Shown here: one piece after another, positions 17,595 to 27,900 of the stretch | How the letters are laid out: every line of letters starts with the position of its first letter | Numbering within the stretch: the stretch's first letter is position 1 | Assembly (NCBI GenBank): GCA_045863315.1 | Contig: BTUX01000003.1 | Coordinates: 1-49,473 of the forward strand | Reading direction: 5' to 3' | Source of the DNA: Candidatus Hydrogenedentota bacterium | Lineage (GTDB): Bacteria > Hydrogenedentota > Hydrogenedentia > Hydrogenedentales > SLHB01 | DNA: 49,473 bases | The notes under the pieces: model-generated | Told to the model about the DNA's origin: nothing | Databases searched by the model: none | Seen by the model: the letters and a program-made list of their open reading frames with translations, nothing else | Translations under genes and position numbers: made by a program

Positions 17595-19211
17595 ATGGCT
17601 GTGCTCGCAAAGTGGGAGCCGGAAGACGTCGCGTTCTGGGAAAGCGAGGGGAAACGCACGGCGTTCCGAAACCTTTGGATTTCCATTCCAAACCTGCTGA
17701 TGGCATTTGGTATCTGGATTTACTGGAGTGTGATCATCAGCGTCATGCAGGGCCTTCACGACGGCAACCCGGCCCTGTACAACTTCACCGCGGCCGACGG
17801 CCGGCCGTTGACGGGAAACGCGTATAAAGCGCTGCTCTACACGCTGCCGGCGGTCGCGGGACTGTCGGGCGCAACGTTGCGCATCCCGAATTCCTTCATG
17901 ATCGCAATCTGCGGTGGCCGCAATGTCAAGTTTATGACCACGCTCCTGCTGATTCTTCCCGCTCTGGGTACCGGGTTTGCCTTGAAGGACCCCGGCACCT
18001 CGTTCTTCACCTACGTGGTGTTGGCCGCGCTCTGCGGCATCGGCGGCGGCGCCTTCGCGTCGTCCATGTCCAACATCAATTTCTTTTTTCCCAAGCGCGT
18101 CCAGGGGTTGTCGCTGGGGTTGAACGCAGGACTTGGAAACCTCGGGGTCTCCGTGTTCCAGTTGGCGATTCCGTGGGTCATCACGTTTGGAATCTTCGGC
18201 GGCGAACCGTTTGACCTGAAGGGCGCGCCCGTCTGGCCGCACAACGCGGGGTTTGTGTGGGTGCCGATCCTGGCGGTGCTGGCCGTCTTGGCCTTTACCT
18301 CCATGAACAACCTGCCCCAGCACTTCAACGGTTCCACGCTTGTTGCGTGCGGCCGCTATCTGTGGCTCGAACTGCTGGGCTATGGCGGCGTGGCCGTCGC
18401 CATTCTGCTCCTCTTACAGTCCAAGTCGTGGAGCTTCGCGCCTGAACTCCTCGAGACGCTCGTCATTGTCTGCGTCGCGATTACCGTCACCATGGCGCTG
18501 ATGCGGTTCGCCACTCCAAGACAGACGAGGGACAGCCTGCAAAAACAGTTCGCCATCTTCTCGAACAAACATAATTGGGTGATGACGTATCTCTATGTGA
18601 TGACCTTCGGCAGCTTCATCGGATATTCCAGCGCCTTTCCCAAATTGCTCAAAGACGTGTTCGGCTACGTGCGCGTCGATGAGTCCGGCGCCCCGCTGGC
18701 CGAGGCTATCGTGAATCCCCATGCGCCCGACTTCCTGAAGTTCGCCTTTCTCGGCGCCGCGATGGGCGCTGCCATTCGCCCCTTGGGCGGGTGGCTCTCC
18801 GACAAGTTCGGCGGTGCGCGGGTCACCCATTGGGACACCGTCATCATGACGGGAACCGCCGTGCTGTGCGGGTGGGTCGTAAAACTGGCGATGGCGTCGG
18901 CGCACCCCGAGCGGTACTTCCTCCCCTTCTTATTGCTGTTCATACTGTTGTTCGCGACCACGGGGATCGGAAACGGTTCGACCTTCCGCATGATCGCCAT
19001 CATCTTTCCAAAGGAGCAGGCCGGGCCCGTCCTCGGATGGACTTCGGCGGTCGCCGCCTACGGCGCCTTCCTCATTCCCACCATCTTTGCGATGCAAATC
19101 GAGGCCGGCCGCCCCGAGTACGCCATGTACGGGTTTGCCGTGTACTACGTGACGTGCCTCGCGCTCAACTGGTGGTACTACGCCCGCACGAATGCCGAAG
19201 TAAAGTGCTGA
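17595..19211 (+). CDS. narK: NarK2-type nitrate/nitrite antiporter
   Basis: WEPED..FWE..GK..AFRNLWISIP, GLNAGLGNLG, TFGSFIG, GIGNGSTFRMI, GWTSAVAAYG. Confidence 0.92.
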   Translation: MAVLAKWEPEDVAFWESEGKRTAFRNLWISIPNLLMAFGIWIYWSVIISVMQGLHDGNPALYNFTAADGRPLTGNAYKALLYTLPAVAGLSGATLRIPNSFMIAICGGRNVKFMTTLLLILPALGTGFALKDPGTSFFTYVVLAALCGIGGGAFASSMSNINFFFPKRVQGLSLGLNAGLGNLGVSVFQLAIPWVITFGIFGGEPFDLKGAPVWPHNAGFVWVPILAVLAVLAFTSMNNLPQHFNGSTLVACGRYLWLELLGYGGVAVAILLLLQSKSWSFAPELLETLVIVCVAITVTMALMRFATPRQTRDSLQKQFAIFSNKHNWVMTYLYVMTFGSFIGYSSAFPKLLKDVFGYVRVDESGAPLAEAIVNPHAPDFLKFAFLGAAMGAAIRPLGGWLSDKFGGARVTHWDTVIMTGTAVLCGWVVKLAMASAHPERYFLPFLLLFILLFATTGIGNGSTFRMIAIIFPKEQAGPVLGWTSAVAAYGAFLIPTIFAMQIEAGRPEYAMYGFAVYYVTCLALNWWYYARTNAEVKC

Positions 19212-19278
19212 CGCGACACCGTATGCGGACCGCCCCGAGAGCGGCGCAACGGCCGGAGCGGCGGATAAAGTGGCCCCC

Positions 19279-19490
19279 ATGGAACGCATGAATCGACGGC
19301 GGTTCTTACGCACAAGCCTTGGCGCAGCGGGGACGGCCGCGCTCGTCCCTCTCGCGAAATCCTCCGAAAACCCGGCGACGCGCCCCGATAGCGCGGTCAT
19401 CATGGCTGACGACATGGGGTTCTGCGACTTGGGTTGATACGGATCGGAATTCCATACACCGCACCTCGATTCAATGGCGGCCCCTGGGAA
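19279..19490 (+). pseudogene. N-terminal remnant of a Tat-exported arylsulfatase-family gene
   Basis: Manual translation MERMNRRRFLRTSLGAAG...RPDSAVIMADDMGFCDLG*YGSEFHTPHLDSMA resembles the sulfatase N-terminus. In-frame TGA at 19435; similarity then ends. Confidence 0.75.
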
Positions 19491-19557
19491 CGCTACGATC
19501 TCGCAGTCGACCGGACCGAACGATCTCGCCGGATCGCGCCCCGAGAAAGCCAGAGAG

Positions 19558-21993
19558 CTACGCGATTTGTGGTCGCGGTGGGCCGTCCGATGCGGCGTGC
19601 AGGTCTGACTCGACCTCGTCGTACACGCGCACTTCGTAGACTCGGGCGGATGCAAGGCCGTTTGTCGCCAGCACGCGAATCCGAAGTCGGTCCGTCGTGG
19701 CGCGTTGGAAGCGGTGCACGCGCCGCCGCTCGTAATTGCCTTCGACCGACGCCAGCTCCCGCCAAGCCGCGCCGCTCGCCGCTTCGATGACGTAGTCCCT
19801 CACGCACTCGGGGTACCGATAGAGCGGCAACGTAGCGCGCCTCACGGCATTGGTGTCGAATGTAAGTTGCACCTCGTTGAATGAAACAGGGCGCGACCAC
19901 CGCAATTCCAGCCACGCGGGCAGAACTTGGCCGGGGTCGGATATCCAGATGTTCGTCCAGGTGTCCGGGCGGTTTGTGCCGCGCACTACGTTGGAAGCGG
20001 CGTAAGGTCTGCTTTCCGGCGCGACCCGCAGGTTGAACGAGCGCCCCTCGTTGAACGGCCGCCAGCGCGTCGCGCCCGGCATGCTTGCCGGCGTCGTGCC
20101 GACCGGACACCGGCGGTCGAGGTCGGCGTCCTCCTCCCGGTGCATGACCCACGAAATTCCCGGCAGAACGGAAGTGTGGACATAGTACAGGCGCCCCGGC
20201 CCGACCCGCGCGTCAATCGGAAACCGCACCCATCCTCGCGAGTTCCCGGGCACGACGATTTCCGCCGAGGCGATATCGTGGGTCCCGCGGAAGTCCCACA
20301 CCGCCGCGGCTTCGCGCAACCCCACACGCAAGGGCGCATCCTCGGCCCGCTTCGATTCCAGAAGCAACTCGAGGTAATCGATTCGATCGGAGGACACCGG
20401 AAACAACTGCGCCATCGGCATCTTCAATTCGAGCGAGCCTTGTCCGTCCGGAAACGCCAACACCGCCTCGCTGCTGGCGGCGACTTCCGCCTGTCTCGCC
20501 AGATCGTTCGGATCCTCGTTGTCCACCCCGGGAATGTGGCCGCCCTGGCGCAGGATCAGTTGCCGGCACTCCCGCGCGCGCGTGTTCGCGATGTCCCGCG
20601 GCGTCTCGTGATATTTTTTGCACAACGAAGCCGCGACACCCACCGCCTGCCCCACGATGCTCCCTGTCGAAAGCACGCGCGAGGACGCAAACGCGACGTA
20701 CGACCCGCTGATGGGCCGGCCCGCCATCATGAGGTTCTCTACGTTGCGCGAGTACAAACTCCGTAACGGAATGCCATAAACCAGCGCGCCGTAGGTTTCC
20801 CAGTTCTCATCAAGTCCGGGGGGAGGATACGGCCGTTCCGATCGCGCCAGAATCCCCCCCTGCACGTGAATATCGATGCCCCAGCACCCGTAAGCCACCG
20901 CGTCATCCAACGGTTTCGGGTCTTGCACATGTTGCTGCGTCAGGACGTAGTCGCCCAGAATCCGGCGGCATTCCCGCTTGTACGGCCAAAACCCGACGAA
21001 CTCCAACCCATAATTCGCCGCGCCATGATCGCCTTTGTTCTTGATGTGGTCCCATACGCCGAGAAGCTGACGCAGCGCCTCGTGCCGAATGGTGTTGTTG
21101 TCTTGAATCGGGTGCCACGGCGCGCCGACCTCGATCCACCAATAGCCCCCTTCAATGTATTGGTGAGAACGGTGCGTAAGGTCCGCTTCGGTCGGAAACT
21201 CGACCGCCCACTCCGGCCTTCTGAACGGGACCGGTCTGCCCGTATCCACCGCGCGAAAGAACAGGGTGTTGCCCATGACCTTGTCATCCGCGGTCTCGGG
21301 CGCCAGCGCCTCTCCGTACTCGCTCCGCGCTTCCCGGCCCCAGCGGTATTCGGCCCCGGCGCGGTGAGCGAGCACGCCGTCCCCCGTGGCGTCGACAAAC
21401 AGGGGCGCGCTGAGTTCGAAGGTCTTCTCCGTTCCCAGTTGAATGCAATAGACCGCGCGGATCCGCGCTTCGCTTTCCATGATGACCCGGTGCATGTGCG
21501 TGTTCAACATGAGCGTGATGTTCGGTTCGCGAATCACCCACTCGTACAGCACAAGGTCCCAGTGACAGTTCATCGTGCCTTCCCGGTACTCGAAATGGTT
21601 GCGGACCCGCTCCTCGGTGTGGAATTCGTCGTGGATTCCACCTTCCTTGATCCAGGGCTGATGACCGCTGTTGTTCTCGGGGAAAAGCTTCACTTCGCTT
21701 GACGAGTTCCCGCCCAGCATTGATCGTTCGTGGACGAGCGCCACTTTCATCCCGTTGCGCGCCGCGCTGATGGCCGCCGAGGTGCCCGCGATGCCCCCAC
21801 CGACCACGACAAGGTCATAGTTTTCCCGTACGGCCTCCGGGTCGCGGAATGCGGGTCCGCCGGGTTCGGGCGCCGCCGCGTTGTCCGCTTCCGCATGGTC
21901 GGCCGATGCCTGCGCATAGGCCGCTCCCGGAACGGAAAACCAGGATAAGAACGCACTGATATGCCTGAAGAAGTCGCGCCGCTTCCAATCCAT
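19558..21993 (-). CDS. Tat-exported FAD-dependent oxidoreductase with C-terminal discoidin/F5-8-like domains
   Basis: KRRDFF signal; DLVVVGGGIAG, LGGNSSSE, FVDATGDG, RECRRILGDY, IPLRSLYSRNVENL; C-terminal ARVYEVRVY. Confidence 0.85.
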   Translation of the reverse strand: MDWKRRDFFRHISAFLSWFSVPGAAYAQASADHAEADNAAAPEPGGPAFRDPEAVRENYDLVVVGGGIAGTSAAISAARNGMKVALVHERSMLGGNSSSEVKLFPENNSGHQPWIKEGGIHDEFHTEERVRNHFEYREGTMNCHWDLVLYEWVIREPNITLMLNTHMHRVIMESEARIRAVYCIQLGTEKTFELSAPLFVDATGDGVLAHRAGAEYRWGREARSEYGEALAPETADDKVMGNTLFFRAVDTGRPVPFRRPEWAVEFPTEADLTHRSHQYIEGGYWWIEVGAPWHPIQDNNTIRHEALRQLLGVWDHIKNKGDHGAANYGLEFVGFWPYKRECRRILGDYVLTQQHVQDPKPLDDAVAYGCWGIDIHVQGGILARSERPYPPPGLDENWETYGALVYGIPLRSLYSRNVENLMMAGRPISGSYVAFASSRVLSTGSIVGQAVGVAASLCKKYHETPRDIANTRARECRQLILRQGGHIPGVDNEDPNDLARQAEVAASSEAVLAFPDGQGSLELKMPMAQLFPVSSDRIDYLELLLESKRAEDAPLRVGLREAAAVWDFRGTHDIASAEIVVPGNSRGWVRFPIDARVGPGRLYYVHTSVLPGISWVMHREEDADLDRRCPVGTTPASMPGATRWRPFNEGRSFNLRVAPESRPYAASNVVRGTNRPDTWTNIWISDPGQVLPAWLELRWSRPVSFNEVQLTFDTNAVRRATLPLYRYPECVRDYVIEAASGAAWRELASVEGNYERRRVHRFQRATTDRLRIRVLATNGLASARVYEVRVYDEVESDLHAASDGPPRPQIA

Positions 21994-22156
21994 GAACGTT
22001 CTCCTTCATTTGGAACGGGGTGATTTCATGCCGCATCATAGCAGAGGCCGCACACGTGGGCGTCGCTATCGGTCCGGCTTGAAGTGCGTCTGCCTCCCGG
22101 GGGACGATGAAAGGCCGGTCGCGAAGGGGAACCTTGAACCCGACGGGAGTTTTCGC

Positions 22157-22663
22157 ATGTCGCAGTCCGACAAAGAAACGATCGAGAGGCTCATCACCGA
22201 ACTGGGGGAACTGCACGCCAAGGTCAAGGAACTCGAATCGCTAGCCGAGCACTACAAGGTTCGCGAACGCATCCTTCGCCAAAAAGAGGAAGTCCTGCAC
22301 GCCACGTTGAACTCCGCCTCCGACGGAATCCTTGCGGTGGACGAAAAAGGCCATGTCATCTTTTCCAACAAACAGTTCGAGCGGATGTGGCGGATACCAC
22401 CGGATCTTATCGAGGCCGGCGACGACAACGAACTGCTTGCGTTCGTGTGCGAACAGTTATGCAACCCCGAGGAGTTTCTCGGCAAGGTGCGCGAACTCTA
22501 TCGCTCGTACCGCTCATCGCACGATCTGCTTCACTTTCGAGACGGCCGCGTCTTCGAGCGTTCGTCGCTTCCGCTCGTACTCGAAGACAAGCTATCCGGG
22601 CGGGTCTGGACATTTCGGGAAGTAACGGCCCCTGAGCGTGCCGGCGCGACCGGCGCGTCGTAA
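22157..22663 (+). CDS. Stand-alone coiled-coil plus PAS domain protein
   Basis: LHATLNSASDGILAVD...FSNKQFERMW...RDGRVFERSSLP...GRVWTFREVT; no output domain. Confidence 0.75.
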   Translation: MSQSDKETIERLITELGELHAKVKELESLAEHYKVRERILRQKEEVLHATLNSASDGILAVDEKGHVIFSNKQFERMWRIPPDLIEAGDDNELLAFVCEQLCNPEEFLGKVRELYRSYRSSHDLLHFRDGRVFERSSLPLVLEDKLSGRVWTFREVTAPERAGATGAS

Positions 22664-22664
22664 C

Positions 22665-23132
22665 GCACACGGCAATGGCGAACGATGTAGGCCCCCGCCT
22701 GCGCATACCGGTGGTCTCGGGCCGGTCCACTTGCTGCGATGTTCTCGAGGGTATTCCCGGGTACAAGCGGGAGCGTCGTTACCGACGCGATGCCCAGCAG
22801 TCGGTCAAACTCCTCGACCGACCGGCCCCCATCGTCCTCGAAGTCCATCCGCAGATCGATGTGGCCGGTTAACCCGGATTTTTCACACACGCCGGCAATG
22901 AAGGATTCAACTTCCTGCGGCACATACTTGTATGCAGCGACAGGGAAAACGGGCTGTTGGTGTGAAAAATCCTCACCCGGTTGACTTCTATGCCATCTCC
23001 TGAGCATTTCTCGCCAGTCGCTCCCGTCATCGGGAGCGACTGGCGAGAAATGCGGGTTAAGCCGGTAACGAGCGGAATGAGTTCCGGCCCCGCCAAGTCC
23101 CGGGACGTTTCCGGCTCCTCTGTGTTCGTCAT
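22665..23132 (-). pseudogene. Degraded SLOG-like gene remnant interrupted by a MITE
   Basis: Removing the MITE and one TTAA restores MTNTEE...LIPLVTGLTGHIDLR, continuing ...EFDRLL...PARDHRYAQAGAYIVRHC. Confidence 0.6.
22873..23056 (-). mobile_element. Double-hairpin MITE, copy 2 (subfamily B, 184 bp), target duplication TTAA
   Basis: TTAA-CCCGGATTTTTCAC ... GAGAAATGCGGG-TTAA; homologous inverted copy at 49237-49420. Confidence 0.88.
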
Positions 23133-23379
23133 CGCGCCCGAATTCGTGTTGATTTCGTCCGCAATCAGTGGGGCCGCCCGATCCCTTCCGTTCGGTCTGC
23201 CATGGTCCATCCGCCCGACATGGAAATCGAACGCGGACTTTCGGCAACTGCGCGTCCCCCTCTCAATCGGTATCGGTTGACGAGCCTTTCCTTCCCCGCC
23301 GCAGACCCGCCTGCGCCGGCGAAAGTCCAGCACCAACCCCCGCGCCGATCGGCCCCTTCGGGCCGCAGACCAGGGCACG

Positions 23380-24813
23380 CTACGCCAGCAACTCCGTGAC
23401 GATCCTACCGGAGACGTCGGTCAGGCGAAAATCTCTCCCCTTGAATCGATACGTCAACCTGGTGTGGTCCATGCCGAGCAGGTGCAGAATGGTCGCCTGC
23501 AGATCATGCACGTGGACCGGTTTCTCGACGACATGGAAGCCGAGGTCGTCGGTGGCGCCGATGGTCTGTCCGGTCCGGACGCCCCCACCGGCGATCCACA
23601 TGGTGAAGGCCTGGGGGTGGTGGTCGCGGCCCATGCTGCGCCCCAGCGCCGCGCTGGATTCGACCATGGGGGTGCGGCCGAATTCGCCGCCCCAGATGAT
23701 GAGCGTGTCCTCGAGCATGCCGCGCTGCTTCAAGTCCTTAATCAATGCGGCCGTCGCCCGATCGGTTGCGCCGCACTGGGCCTTGAGACCGCCGGCGACG
23801 TCGCCGTGGTGGTCCCAGCCGCCGTGGTACACGTTGACGAAGCGGACGCCGCGTTCGAGGAGGCGGCGCGCGAGCAGACAGTTATTCGCGAACGAGGCCT
23901 TGCCGGGTTCCGCGCCGTACATCGCGAGGGTTTCGGGCGATTCCTTCGCGATGTCCATGAGTTCCGGCGCGCTGCTCTGCATGCGGTAGGCCAGTTCGTA
24001 GTTGCTGATGCGCGTTTCGATTTCGGGATCGCCGACCGCTTCGAAGCTGTGGCGGTTGAGTTGGTTGATGAGATCGATGGAGTCGCGTTGCATCAGCGCA
24101 TCGATGCCCTGAGGGTTTGAAACGCTGAGAATGGGATCGCCCGCGCTCCGGAACGGCACGCCTTGATAAACCGTAGGCATGAACCCGCAACCCCAGCAAT
24201 GCGCTCCGCCGCTCACGCCTTCGCCCGTGCTGAGCACGACAAACCCGGGGAGGTCGTCCGCTTCGCTGCCGAGTCCGTAGGCGACCCACGAGCCCATGCT
24301 GGGCCGGCCCATCTGCGGGGAACCGGTGTTCATGAAGATTTGCGCGGGCGCGTGATTGAATTGGTTCGTGTGCATCGACTTCACGATGGCGATATCGTCG
24401 GCGACGGTGGCGAGGTGGGGAAGCATCTCGGAGAGTTCCGCGCCGGACTGGCCATACTTGGCGAACTGGAATCGCGACGCCATCAGGCCGGCATTGGGCT
24501 GAATGAAGGCGTACCGCTGGTCCTTGACAATCTCCGGCGGGACGGATCGGCCGTCGTATTTGGTGAGCGTCGGTTTATAGTCGAAGAGATCGAGTTGGCT
24601 CGGCGCGCCCGCCATGAACAGGTAGATGACTCGCTTCGCCTTGGCCGGGTAGGGGGGCCGGCGCGGCGCGAGCGGGTTGGGCGCGGCGGCCGCAGCGCCA
24701 CGGCAAAGCATCGAGGCCAGCGCAATCTTGCCTACCCCCACCCCGCACTCGCGGAAGAAGTGCCGGCGGGTGAGGGTTTGGAGCCGGATAGAATCGCTTC
24801 TACGTTGAACCAT
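23380..24813 (-). CDS. DUF1501 domain protein
   Basis: [59 protein letters not shown]; follows a DUF1553 gene. Confidence 0.92.
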   Translation of the reverse strand: MVQRRSDSIRLQTLTRRHFFRECGVGVGKIALASMLCRGAAAAAPNPLAPRRPPYPAKAKRVIYLFMAGAPSQLDLFDYKPTLTKYDGRSVPPEIVKDQRYAFIQPNAGLMASRFQFAKYGQSGAELSEMLPHLATVADDIAIVKSMHTNQFNHAPAQIFMNTGSPQMGRPSMGSWVAYGLGSEADDLPGFVVLSTGEGVSGGAHCWGCGFMPTVYQGVPFRSAGDPILSVSNPQGIDALMQRDSIDLINQLNRHSFEAVGDPEIETRISNYELAYRMQSSAPELMDIAKESPETLAMYGAEPGKASFANNCLLARRLLERGVRFVNVYHGGWDHHGDVAGGLKAQCGATDRATAALIKDLKQRGMLEDTLIIWGGEFGRTPMVESSAALGRSMGRDHHPQAFTMWIAGGGVRTGQTIGATDDLGFHVVEKPVHVHDLQATILHLLGMDHTRLTYRFKGRDFRLTDVSGRIVTELLA

Positions 24814-24829
24814 CGGGCTTCCTGGAATC

Positions 24830-24854
24830 GTCGGACCTGTCAGACGGGTCCGAC
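24830..24854. repeat. Short intergenic REP-like hairpin
   Basis: GTCGGACCTGT-CAG-ACGGGTCCGAC between the DUF1553 and DUF1501 genes. Confidence 0.45.
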
Positions 24855-24955
24855 CGGTGCGACTTGTTCATTTCACCGGACTTGCCAACCTTGCCAGGCG
24901 ACTGCCATTCGCCATAATACTATAGAATTTCGGTTTTTCACACCCCGCGTCACCA

Positions 24956-27900
24956 TCACCCCCTCGTGATGGTCTCGTCGAGGTTGAGGAGCGCGCGGCA
25001 GACGAGGGTCCAGGCGGCGTGCTCGGCCCGCTTGATTTCGCCGGCGGCGAGGGAGTCGGGAATGGTTGGCGTTTCGGCAAGGCGCTGGAGTTGCCTTTCG
25101 TAGAAGGCCGCGATCCATTCCTGTTCCCGCGGATCGGGGTTGCGGCCGGTGCAGAGCTGGAAGGCGCGGGCGATCCGGCTTTGTGTGTCAGATGCTTCGT
25201 GCATGACGCGGCCCGCCAATGCGCGGGCGGCTTCCATGAACACGGGATCGTTCAATAGCGTGAGCGCCTGCAACGGCGTGTTCGAGCGGACCCGGCGCGT
25301 GCAGGCCACATCGCGCGCGGGGGCGTCGAAGGTGCCGGCGGCGGGGAAGGGCAGCGTGCGCTTCCAGTAGACGTAGAGTCCGCGGCGGTAGCGGTCATCG
25401 CCGTCGGCGACCTGCCAGCCTTCGCCGGGGTAGACGATCGACAAGGCGCCGTCGGGCAGCGGCGGTTTCACGCTGGGTCCGCCGATTTTTTCCGAGAGCA
25501 GTCCGCTTGCGCTCAGCGCGATGTCGCGAATGGTTTCGGCGTCGACGCGGTAGCGCGGGGCGCGCGCGAGCAGGATGTTTTCGGGATCGCGTTCGGCGAG
25601 TTCGGGCGTGACGCGGGAGCTTTGGCGGTACGTCGAGGAGAGCACGATCATCCGGGTCATTTCCTTCATGCTCCAACCTCGACGCATGAATTCGACGGCG
25701 AGCCAATCGAGCAGTTCGGGGTGCGTGGGGAGATCGCCGCGCGTGCCAAAGTCCTCGACGGAAGCGACGATGCCGCGTCCGAAGAGCGATTGCCACAGGC
25801 GGTTCATCGTGACGCGCGCGGTCAGCGGGTTTTCTTCGGAGACGAGCCATCGCGCGAGCGTGAGACGGTTGAGCGGCGCGCCGGCGGGCAATGGGGGGAG
25901 AATCGCGGGCACGCCGGGGGTGACCACGTCGCGCGGGCTCAAGAATTCGCCGCGGTGGTGGATGCGCGTTTCGCGCGGATGTTCGCGCTCTTCGAGGACG
26001 AGCGTGGTCGGGAACTTCGGCATCAAGCCGCGCAGATCGGCGATGCGCTGGTGTTCCCGCGCTAGTTCCGGCGCGACTGTGAGGTAGTACTTCTGCAAGG
26101 TGTCCACCTGCTCCGCCGAACGCGCGTTCTGAGGTGTCGCGAGGATGGTTTCGATGTCGTGCGGCACGCCGGTCGCACGCACCGGCAGCGGATCGGAAGT
26201 GACCGACACGCGGAAGCGCCCGATGATGTGGTTGTGGACGTAGTATTGTTCAAGGACGAGTTTCAAAAGCGTTCCGCCGTCGTGGGCGACAGGCTCCGCA
26301 AATTCGTACACGATCGCGTGGGGCCGGCTTTGCTGCCCGTTGATCGACCAGCCCGTGTCAATCTTGCCGTCGAGCGTCTGCTCGGGCGTGCGGCCCGGCG
26401 CGGCGAAGTCCGCGGTGGGATTTTGCAGCGCGATATCCGCGATGGAATCGGGCGCCATCCACGGCGCGACGGCCGCTTTCACTTCGCTCAACAGAAAGTC
26501 GCCCGGCGCCGACATGATGACGCCGCGGCCGGGCCCGTGGTTGGGCAGCGAAGGATGCGGCAGGACTTCGATGCGGACCGCGGTAAGGTCCCTGACATCG
26601 GTCCGGAATTCGGTGTAATAGGTGTCAACATTGGGATTGTCGCCTTTGACCAGTACCGAATTGTCTTCGAGGAACTCAAAGGTGACATGGTTCTTCGACG
26701 AACACGTCACCGGAGTCGCTACGGTCCAGTTGCGCGCGCGGGAAGTGAGGTCCGCGTCCCACCCCGCAAACTTGCGATCGAAGTGTCGAGCCCGCCGGAC
26801 CTCATCGGGTTCGTCGGAAGGGGGGATCGTTTCCGCAATCGTCGAGACACGGAAACGGGCGATGGTGTGATTGCGGCCGTATTGCTGATCGAGTCGCAGG
26901 GTCAACCGCGCGGGCGAGGCAAGTTCCAGCGGTTCCGCGAACCACAGCGAGAGCGCGTGGGGCGCAAGTTTGTCGACGCCGTGCCCATCGATGGCCCAGC
27001 CGGTTTTCGGGTCGCCGTCGATGGCCTTCTCCGCTTCGAACCCGGTGTTGACGGCGTCGGCGTCGGCGCGCGCGAATTTCACATCTCTCGGCTTTTCCTC
27101 GCCTTGGACGGGCAGCGTCGCGATCGCTTCCGACAGTACGAAGTTGCCTTTGTCCGAACGTCCGGGGCCAAGGCCTCCGCTTTCGGCTGAGACTTCGATC
27201 GTGAGGCCGGTGACGCGGCCGGGGGCCAGGTCGATTTCCACCGTGTAGGTATCGACTGCGGGAGATTCGCCGGTGACCGCAACAAGGCCGTCTTCGGAAA
27301 CGGACAACGTTGCGTTGCCGGCAGACGTTGCTACGACAGGGCGAGCGGTAAGAATTTCGGTGAGGGGATCGGCAACCGGAAATTTTTGGGGAAGTTCGGA
27401 GACGAGTGTTGCGATTTCGTTTTCGATTGCGCGCCGCTTCGCCGCGATTTCGGCGTCGGGCACTTCGATTTCGACGTCGTCGGTGTTGTTCAGAAACGCA
27501 TAGAACCGGAAGTACTCTTCGTGCGTGATGGGATCGTACTTGTGCGAATGACACTGCGCACAGGCCATCGTCAGCCCCAGGAACATCGCCGCGGTCGTGT
27601 TCACGCGATCCACCATGGCCTCGTAACGGAATTCCTCGGTGTCGATGCCGCCTTCCTCGTTCAGCATCGAGTTGCGATGGAATCCCGTGGCGATGCGCTG
27701 ATCGAGTGTGGCGTTCGGCAGCAAATCGCCCGCGAGCTGCTCGATCGTAAACCGGTCGAAGGGCAAGTCCCGGTTGAACGCGTTGATGACCCAATCGCGG
27801 TACGGCCAGATGGATCGCGGCCGGTCCTTCTCGTAGCCGTTGGTGTCGGCGTAGCGTGCTCCGTCAAGCCAGCGCAGGGCCTGCGCCTCGCCGTAGTGCG

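Noticed and set aside
19435-19437. In-frame TGA at a Cys position, possible selenocysteine
   Set aside because: Not the catalytic sulfatase Cys, the gene is truncated soon after, and no SECIS was recognised; a nonsense mutation is simpler.
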